Positions 28,781-35,212 of a stretch of 35,212 nucleotides of DNA are shown one piece after another. The stretch's first letter is position 1. Every line of letters starts with the position of its first letter. Under the pieces are notes generated by a model. The model made no database searches. It was given only the letters and a program-made list of their open reading frames with translations, and was not told the DNA's origin. This stretch comes from an uncultured archaeon (GTDB taxonomy: Archaea > Asgardarchaeota > Lokiarchaeia > Sigyniarchaeales > SOKP01), in NCBI GenBank assembly GCA_964583985.1, contig CAZOYD010000037.1:1-35212 (forward strand). Direction: 5' to 3'. A program made the translations under genes and the position numbers.

Positions 28781-29515
28781 TTAAAATCCATCAAACTTCG
28801 CCCATTCATCATCATCTTCAAACTCTTCGTCATCTTCATAAGTTGTGGGTGCTTTTTCGTCAACTTCCCGTTCAATGGACTCTTCCTCATAATATTCTTC
28901 ATCCTCATCAAAAGAAATGGCTTTTTCCAAGTCAGTTATGATATCTTCAGCAGTAACTTGAATCTCAGGAATGGGTTCCTCTTTAGGCGTCTTCTTTTCA
29001 ACTAGTTTTAAATAATCACCATGAATTTTGATAGTGATTGGAGTTTCTTCCTGCAATAATCTAACCACCACTTCCTCGCTGCTCGATGTGTCGTGAGGCA
29101 TCCTCATTACTATTGCTCGAGAGCCTTCAAAAACACCACTGATTATTTCTACGGTATCTCCTTCCTCTAAATATTCAGTGACACTTCTTGGAAGAAGAAC
29201 GTGTTTTAATTCTGTCAAATTTATGTTTTGAACAATTCTACCTTTGATGTGGGGGATTCCTTGCACGCCAATTTGCACATCACGCTTCTGGGGTGCCTCA
29301 AAGAAGATATAGCCCGGAAGTAGGGGGGAAATAAGTATGGCTCTAATATCGGGGACTACTTCGAGGATTTTGAAACGATAGAAAATCTGTTTCAAGATAT
29401 TACTCTCTTGATTGATTGTCGTTCGAACGGCGAATAAGGTCGTTAACTCCTCTTTATCATCTATCTCGACTGGTGTTAAATAATCATCATTTTCCTCATC
29501 TACATGTTCTCCCAT
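28781..29515 (-). CDS. spt5: Transcription elongation factor Spt5 (NusG family) with acidic tails
   Basis: FAVRTTINQE, LPGYIFFEA NGN domain; EGDTVEIISGVFEG KOW motif; ITIKIHGDY. Confidence 0.9.
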   Translation of the reverse strand: MGEHVDEENDDYLTPVEIDDKEELTTLFAVRTTINQESNILKQIFYRFKILEVVPDIRAILISPLLPGYIFFEAPQKRDVQIGVQGIPHIKGRIVQNINLTELKHVLLPRSVTEYLEEGDTVEIISGVFEGSRAIVMRMPHDTSSSEEVVVRLLQEETPITIKIHGDYLKLVEKKTPKEEPIPEIQVTAEDIITDLEKAISFDEDEEYYEEESIEREVDEKAPTTYEDDEEFEDDDEWAKFDGF

Positions 29516-29692
29516 TCTTCCTCACTTACCTTATTTGAATTTACAAATTTTTAAAATTCTTAAAAAAAAGCTTAAGATTCAAAGTTATTTCTAAATTATA
29601 AAATTTTGCTTTTATATCCCATCTTGTTTGTTTTAAATAATTAAGTAGCAATGGGAACATCCCCTTTCTGTTTGATTGAAGTTCCAGAATAA

Positions 29693-30034
29693 TTAGCACT
29701 CATATTTATCTTCTGGTTTATACGCTCCTTTGATAAATATTACTTTTAATTGATCCTTTGAATTATTATGAATATTGTGTGTTTCATTCGGTTCTATTAA
29801 AAACACACTTCCTTGAGGAGCTGCATGTCGTGTTCCATTAACAATCATGATACCGCTACCTTCAATGAAATAAAAAGTCTCATCCACTTCACGATGGCCA
29901 TGATCCACGTCTGCCATTGATTCGCCGGGATTTAACAGGATAATGCCCCAATCAATACTAGGTCCTCTCATTAAATATTTAACTCCTGAATCTCCCTTTC
30001 TATATTCAAAATCATTCTCGTTAACTTGTTTTAT
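29693..30034 (-). CDS. Cupin-domain protein; probable ATA start
   Basis: HGHREVDETFYF...PNETH cupin motifs. Frame extends upstream of the track ATG as IKQVNENDFEYRKGDSGVKYL, with GGTGA 6 nt before the ATA. Confidence 0.8.
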   Translation of the reverse strand: MKQVNENDFEYRKGDSGVKYLMRGPSIDWGIILLNPGESMADVDHGHREVDETFYFIEGSGIMIVNGTRHAAPQGSVFLIEPNETHNIHNNSKDQLKVIFIKGAYKPEDKYEC

Positions 30035-30212
30035 TTCTGATCACCTTTTTATAATGCGCTGTTAAAAAGAAATTATCAATTTTCTATTTTAAATGTTATT
30101 ATAATTAGTTTCCATCTTTTTTTGATTTTATGATGAATTTCATGATTAAATTATAATATGAATCATATGTTTAGATCATCTATAGAGTTATGCAATAATA
30201 GTGATAATAAAC

Positions 30213-31400
30213 ATGATCCCTTCATTTAATTTTGCTCGAATACCTCATATTATTTTTGGTCCCGGTAAATTAGTAAATCTTTATTCTCTTATCCCTCAAT
30301 ATGGAAAATCTGTTCTTTTAGTGGTAGGAGCTGGTTCTCTCGAGAAATCTGGTAAATTGGATGAGATTAAGATAGCTCTCGAAGAAAAGTTAATAGATTA
30401 TCACGTGTATGAAATAAAGGGAGAACCATCACCTAACATGGTAGATAAGGCAACCAAAATGTATCGAAATAAAAGGATAGATTTAGTAATAGGGATTGGT
30501 GGAGGAAGTGTTACGGATGCAGGTAAAGCAATTTCAGCCATGATTCCTAAAGAAGATTCGGTTAAAAATTACCTAGAGGGAATAGGCATTAAGAGCCATA
30601 ATGGCAAGAAAATCCCCTACATTGCAATTCCAACAACATCAGGGACAGGAAGTGAAGCAACAAAAAATGCGGTTATAAGTGAAATTGGACATGATGGGTT
30701 TAAGAAATCACTTCGACACGATAATCTAATTCCTGACGTTGCTATTATTGATCCAGAATTGATGAAATCTTGCCCTGCATCAATCACTGCGGCATGCGGG
30801 ATGGATGCATTCACTCAATTAGTTGAATCTTATGTGTCTTCTAATGCAAATCCAATCACAGATGCTTTAGCATTTAGCGGAATGAAATACATGAAAGATG
30901 CATTAATTCCAGCGTGTTCTCATGGATCTTCAGATATCAATGTTAGGAGCTCTATGGCTTATGGCTCTCTAATTTCTGGAATAACTCTTGCAAATGCGGG
31001 GTTGGGTGTTATACATGGATTCGCGTCCCCAATTGGTGCGTATTTTAAAATTCCTCATGGTGTAGTTTGTGGAACCCTTCTTGCTGAAGCCACTAAAATG
31101 AATATAAAGGTATTAAAAGAAAGGGGTTCTGAAGGTGAGGTGAGCTTGGAAAAATACGCTCATATTGGAGCTATGCTTTCCAATGAACCATTAAATAAGG
31201 GGGAGGAGATATCTCAATATCTCTTAATTCTCATTGAAACTCTTGAAAATTGGACTGATCTTTTAAAGTTAGATAAATTAAGTAATTATGGGATTTCTAA
31301 TGAAGATATTACTTATATTGTTGACAATACGGCTTTAAAGAATAATCCCGTGAGTCTTAATAAAAAGGATTTGATAGAAATTCTAAAAAATCGGCTATAA
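30213..31400 (+). CDS. Iron-containing alcohol dehydrogenase
   Basis: GGGSVTDAGK, PTTSGTGSE, GMDAFTQ, GLGVIHG, IPHG motifs. Confidence 0.9.
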   Translation: MIPSFNFARIPHIIFGPGKLVNLYSLIPQYGKSVLLVVGAGSLEKSGKLDEIKIALEEKLIDYHVYEIKGEPSPNMVDKATKMYRNKRIDLVIGIGGGSVTDAGKAISAMIPKEDSVKNYLEGIGIKSHNGKKIPYIAIPTTSGTGSEATKNAVISEIGHDGFKKSLRHDNLIPDVAIIDPELMKSCPASITAACGMDAFTQLVESYVSSNANPITDALAFSGMKYMKDALIPACSHGSSDINVRSSMAYGSLISGITLANAGLGVIHGFASPIGAYFKIPHGVVCGTLLAEATKMNIKVLKERGSEGEVSLEKYAHIGAMLSNEPLNKGEEISQYLLILIETLENWTDLLKLDKLSNYGISNEDITYIVDNTALKNNPVSLNKKDLIEILKNRL

Positions 31401-31430
31401 TTAAAAATCTAAATGTTTTAGTAATGAAAA

Positions 31431-31862
31431 ATGCGCTGTAATGTAGTAGTTATCGATGCAAACTTCATTTTTCTCCCAATCCAGTTTAAGATTGATTATT
31501 TTCGTGAAATAAACGATCTTTTAGTGGGAAAAACCTATTTCCTCATCTATAAACAAATTTTTGATGAGTTAGAATCAAAAAGAAAACGATTACATGAAAT
31601 CTCAAAATTTAGTAGAGAGTTAAAATTCGCTAGAGTCTATCTTCAAGCAAATAAAAATAAATACAATCTTATATCGATTGACAAGATTAAACAAATGTCT
31701 GAGACTACAGATCAATTTTTACTGAGGGAGTGCTTGCGATTGAAAAAAAGCCTTCCTAATATCTTTTTAGCAACTAATGATTCGCAATTACGTAGTGAAG
31801 CAAGTAAAGCTAACATCGCTAGTGTTTGCTTACGACAAAAAAAATATTTAGTTATAAGTTAA
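31431..31862 (+). CDS. PIN-domain protein (Fcf1/Utp24-like)
   Basis: VVIDANF, DEL, TDQ.L and LATND.QLR acidic PIN residues. Confidence 0.8.
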   Translation: MRCNVVVIDANFIFLPIQFKIDYFREINDLLVGKTYFLIYKQIFDELESKRKRLHEISKFSRELKFARVYLQANKNKYNLISIDKIKQMSETTDQFLLRECLRLKKSLPNIFLATNDSQLRSEASKANIASVCLRQKKYLVIS

Positions 31863-31975
31863 CGTCAAAACAAAGGTTTTTTTTAATAGAATTATTTCAA
31901 TATAACTATATTCTTTTAAATTTGTGATGACCTATGAGAAGATCTCGCTTTGATTCAATAATGAAATTTTAATGT

Positions 31976-32521
31976 ATGAAAAAAATGTCGACAGTCAAAG
32001 TTTTAAAAATTATTATAACTGGAAATGGTGGGGTGGGCAAGACCACCTTACTTCATAGGTATATAGAAGGTAGATTCCTGATAAACACGTACATGACAAT
32101 AGGAGTTGAATTTTTTATAAAAGAGTTGGATTTTGATAATAATAAAATTCTATTGCAGATTTGGGATTTTGGAGGGCAAGAAAGATTCCGTTTTCTATTA
32201 AGAAATTATGCAAAAGGCACAAAAGGCGCTCTTTACTTATTTGATTTAACTAGACCTCTTTCATTGGTAGATATTGATGATTGGATAGATATTTGTAGAT
32301 CGGAAGATCCCACGGTTCCAATATTACTGATTGGTTCCAAGGCAGATTTAGAAGAATCTATCTCTTTTGATGAGGATTTTGTTCAAAATATGCAACAAAA
32401 ATATAATTTATTTGATTTCATAAAAATATCAAGCAAAACTGGGAAAAATGTGGATGAAGCGTTCAAACTCATAGCTGAAAAAGTTATTAAATCTATTAAC
32501 GATAATGCTAATATAGATTAA
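31976..32521 (+). CDS. Rab-like small GTPase
   Basis: GNGGVGKT, TIGVEF, WDFGGQERFR, SKAD, SSK. Confidence 0.9.
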   Translation: MKKMSTVKVLKIIITGNGGVGKTTLLHRYIEGRFLINTYMTIGVEFFIKELDFDNNKILLQIWDFGGQERFRFLLRNYAKGTKGALYLFDLTRPLSLVDIDDWIDICRSEDPTVPILLIGSKADLEESISFDEDFVQNMQQKYNLFDFIKISSKTGKNVDEAFKLIAEKVIKSINDNANID

Positions 32522-32594
32522 AGATTTTATTGAAAAACCTTCGATAGGAATTTATTATTGCTTGTAGCGCTTATTTCTTTTTACATTTTAGATA

Positions 32595-33116
32595 TTAGAA
32601 ATTTTGTCTTTTTAAAATCATTCTTGTTAACAAGTCAAATGCTTTTTGTACGTTTTCACCCGTTTTGCTTGAAATTCGCAAATATTCAAATAAATTATAA
32701 TGGTTCTTAAAAGATTCAGCATATTCATCATCAACCATAACCTCTTCAGCTAAATCATTTTTTGTACCTATAAAAATCACTGGGAGGTTAGGATCACTCT
32801 TGCGAACAATATTTATCCATTGTTCCAAATTATCCAAGGTCATCGGGCGCGTCAAATCAAACATTAAAAGAGCTCCCTTAGCTCCCAATACATAGCTCTC
32901 TAGTAAAAATCTGAATCTCTGTTGCCCTCCAAAATCCCATAATTGAAGCGTGCATTGCTGTTCATCAATTATCGTTTCTTTTAGATAAAATTCTACACCA
33001 ATCGTCATCTTAGTTGAAGCTGAGAACTTGCCTTCTACAAGACGGTGAAGTAAAGTTGTTTTTCCAACTCCACCTTCGCCAGCTGTCAGAATTTTCAATA
33101 TAAATTTTTTAGGAAT
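32595..33116 (-). CDS. Rab-like small GTPase; probable ATT start
   Basis: GEGGVGKT, TIGVEF, WDFGGQQRFR, TKND, SSK. Frame extends to IPKKFILK with GGTGA 6 nt upstream. Confidence 0.85.
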   Translation of the reverse strand: MPKKFILKILTAGEGGVGKTTLLHRLVEGKFSASTKMTIGVEFYLKETIIDEQQCTLQLWDFGGQQRFRFLLESYVLGAKGALLMFDLTRPMTLDNLEQWINIVRKSDPNLPVIFIGTKNDLAEEVMVDDEYAESFKNHYNLFEYLRISSKTGENVQKAFDLLTRMILKRQNF

Positions 33117-33499
33117 CGTTGTTCACCCTGTTATAAGCATCAGTTTCATATCAATCATTATTCTTGGAATTCTTTTTTACGATACTCCTCTTTATTTTGA
33201 TCGTAGAACATTATAGAAGTGTTGCATGAGTATTAAATAATTAAATTTCTAATATAATTTGATCTTTATATTTTATTGTATTTTTCAGATATTTTCATTG
33301 AATAATACGATTCAACTATTAAAAATTAAATCATCATATAATTACGATAAAATTCTATATTATTTACTCTTTACATTTGATAAAATTTAAATTAGAATCC
33401 TTTTTAATGCCAAATTTAAATAATTAACAAGTATATATTATGAGGATTCTTATAAATATAATGAAACATTGCGAATTAGAGTTAAAATAAGTGATATTT

Positions 33500-33778
33500 A
33501 TGAAAAAAAAAATACCATCTGAAGGAGAATTAAAAAATCTAAAAGTGAAATCATGGGGAATATGGGAAAAGGAAAAAAGCATTTTCGATTGGTCTTATGA
33601 TGAAACTGAAACCTGTTTCATTCTGGATGGCGAAGTTGAAGTAACTGATTCTGAAACTGGAGAAAAATTAGAGTTTAAAAAAGGAGATCTCGTTCAATTT
33701 CCAAAAGGATTGAAATGTGTTTGGAATGTAAAGAAACCAATAAGGAAGTATTATAATTTTGGCGATTTGGATATATAA
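33500..33778 (+). CDS. Cupin_3 (DUF861-like) protein
   Basis: WGIWEKE.S.FDW.YD..ETC.IL.GEV...GDLV.FPKGL.C.W.V..PIRK.Y. Confidence 0.85.
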   Translation: MKKKIPSEGELKNLKVKSWGIWEKEKSIFDWSYDETETCFILDGEVEVTDSETGEKLEFKKGDLVQFPKGLKCVWNVKKPIRKYYNFGDLDI

Positions 33779-33874
33779 TTGACTAATTTCTCTTTTTTTT
33801 CTACTTTATAAAAGCTTATCTATATATATGAAGAGATCAAAATTATTTATGCTTAAGATAAAATTGTGTTTTTC

Positions 33875-35212
33875 ATGAATAATTTTCAAATAGAATTCAA
33901 TGATTTTTTTGAGGATGCTCCATTTTCCATAGTTATGTTTGATCTTAATGGTAAGATCATTCAAGTTAATGCTTCTACAGAAAAAATATATGGTTATACA
34001 AAAGAAGAATTAATCGGTACATCTTTCTTAGAGTATTCAGTTAATCATACCAAAGTGTTATCTCTTTTAGTGGAAAGATTAAAGAATGCAGGAGACGGAA
34101 TTCCTTTAAAACTGGAAGAGTTTCAGATTTATAAAAAGGATCGAAGTATTGCTTGGGTAATGTCTTTCATATCCCTCATTAAAACTGGTAATTCTTCCAT
34201 GTATTATGTAATAATATTGGACATCTCAGACCGAAAAAAAATTGAATCCTTGTTAAGAGAAAGAATTAGAACGGAAAAAACAATTTCGACCATCTCCTCT
34301 CGATTTGTAAGTGACACTGAGCTAGATTCAGCAATCTTTTCTTCTTTAAAAGATATGGGGTCATTATATAATGCAACTCGAGCTTATATTCTTATTTACA
34401 ATGATGTATCTATTTTGGATTTCTTTGCTCAAGTTCAATGTGATGACTCAGAAAAAGTCGCGGAAATTGATTTAAAATACATAGATCCTTCAAAATTTCC
34501 ATGGATTAGAAAACAGTTTGAAGAATTTGGATATATTTTTATAGAAAACACAAAAAATCTCCCCGAAATTGCTGATCAAACCAAAGGTCAACTAATTATG
34601 CTGAAAATTAAATCTCTTTTAGCCTATCCTTTAAACATAAAAGATGAAAATATTGGGTTCATCGTATTTGATAACGTTAAAGAGAATTTAAAATGGGATC
34701 CCAACGATTCAAGTTCACTACAAACTTGTGCCGAAATAATCGTAAATGCTCTGGATCGAAAATGGGCTAAGGAAACATTAAAGGGTAGTCATCAACTTTT
34801 AGGTGGTATCATATCTTCACTAACAGAAATGATATGCTTGGTCGATAGAGATTTAAATTTAATTTGGGTAAATAATGCCGCAAAAAATATTCTGGGTAAG
34901 GATTTCTCTGGGAAAAAATGTCATGAGGTTTTATTAAATCAAAATGACCCCTGTGAAAATTGTATAGGTCTAAAAACCTTTTCGGATGGCTTGATACATG
35001 AAAATGAGTTTCATGTAATTAATATTGATAACTCTAAACAGTATTGGTGGACTACATCGAATTCCGCTGCCTTAGATTTAGATGGTAGACCAGAAATAGT
35101 CGTACTTATTTTTAGAGATGTCACGAAAAGAAAGGAAATAGAACTTAATCTTGAAGCATCTCAAAAAAAATTAAAGGCTCTCAATGATCATCTCCTTCAA
35201 GAAGTCGAGGAA
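33875..35212 (+). CDS. PAS-GAF-PAS sensor protein (likely histidine kinase), truncated by window end; absent from the ORF track
   Basis: Manual translation: FFEDAPFSIVMFDLNGKIIQVN...YGYTKEELIG (PAS), ISTISSRFV...LKIKSLLAYPL...IGFIVFD (GAF), GKKCHEV...PCENC...FRDVTKRK (PAS/PAC). Confidence 0.85.
   Translation, partial: MNNFQIEFNDFFEDAPFSIVMFDLNGKIIQVNASTEKIYGYTKEELIGTSFLEYSVNHTKVLSLLVERLKNAGDGIPLKLEEFQIYKKDRSIAWVMSFISLIKTGNSSMYYVIILDISDRKKIESLLRERIRTEKTISTISSRFVSDTELDSAIFSSLKDMGSLYNATRAYILIYNDVSILDFFAQVQCDDSEKVAEIDLKYIDPSKFPWIRKQFEEFGYIFIENTKNLPEIADQTKGQLIMLKIKSLLAYPLNIKDENIGFIVFDNVKENLKWDPNDSSSLQTCAEIIVNALDRKWAKETLKGSHQLLGGIISSLTEMICLVDRDLNLIWVNNAAKNILGKDFSGKKCHEVLLNQNDPCENCIGLKTFSDGLIHENEFHVINIDNSKQYWWTTSNSAALDLDGRPEIVVLIFRDVTKRKEIELNLEASQKKLKALNDHLLQEVEE

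Noticed and set aside
382-30814. Short antisense or overlapping ORFs in the track (e.g. 382-657, 2704-3198, 5116-5361, 10367-10567, 20082-20363, 28714-28941, 30617-30814)
   Set aside because: They are shadow frames of well-supported genes and have no motifs of their own.
31924-31980. GTGATGA C-box-like motif before the first Rab gene
   Set aside because: The D, D' and C' boxes are degenerate and the spacing is poor; no recognisable rRNA complement.
1-35212. CRISPR arrays, tRNA/rRNA genes, IS elements, further introns
   Set aside because: None seen by eye. In-frame introns without stop codons would be hard to detect manually and cannot be excluded.

Overview
AT-rich archaeal chromosomal window, most likely from an Asgard archaeon of the Lokiarchaeia. 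The assignment is inferred from a Loki-CTERM-like IPGY sorting tail, two Rab-like GTPases, a gelsolin-like domain, longin/roadblock-like proteins, archaeal Spt5 and GGTGA Shine-Dalgarno motifs. Gene content includes DAP-pathway lysine synthesis (dapA end, dapB, lysA, dapF), cdhD, an Hrq1/MrfA-type helicase, aldehyde:ferredoxin oxidoreductase, three acyl-CoA dehydrogenase paralogs, Fe-ADH, a PIN protein, two cupins and a partial PAS/GAF sensor. Top signal: cdhD is split by a 32-nt insert (5799-5830) that folds into a canonical bulge-helix-bulge (BHB). Removing it at the tRNA-splicing-endonuclease positions restores the frame and the conserved DPTxxxLGYG motif, making it a candidate endonuclease-spliced mRNA intron. 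Further signals: an unannotated box C/D guide sRNA (about 1066-1140, minus strand) with an apparent SSU rRNA target, two genes that appear to start at ATA/ATT, patchwork identity among the acyl-CoA dehydrogenases, and a repeat-containing putative PD-(D/E)xK nuclease. All family calls come from motif recognition by eye; no searches were run.
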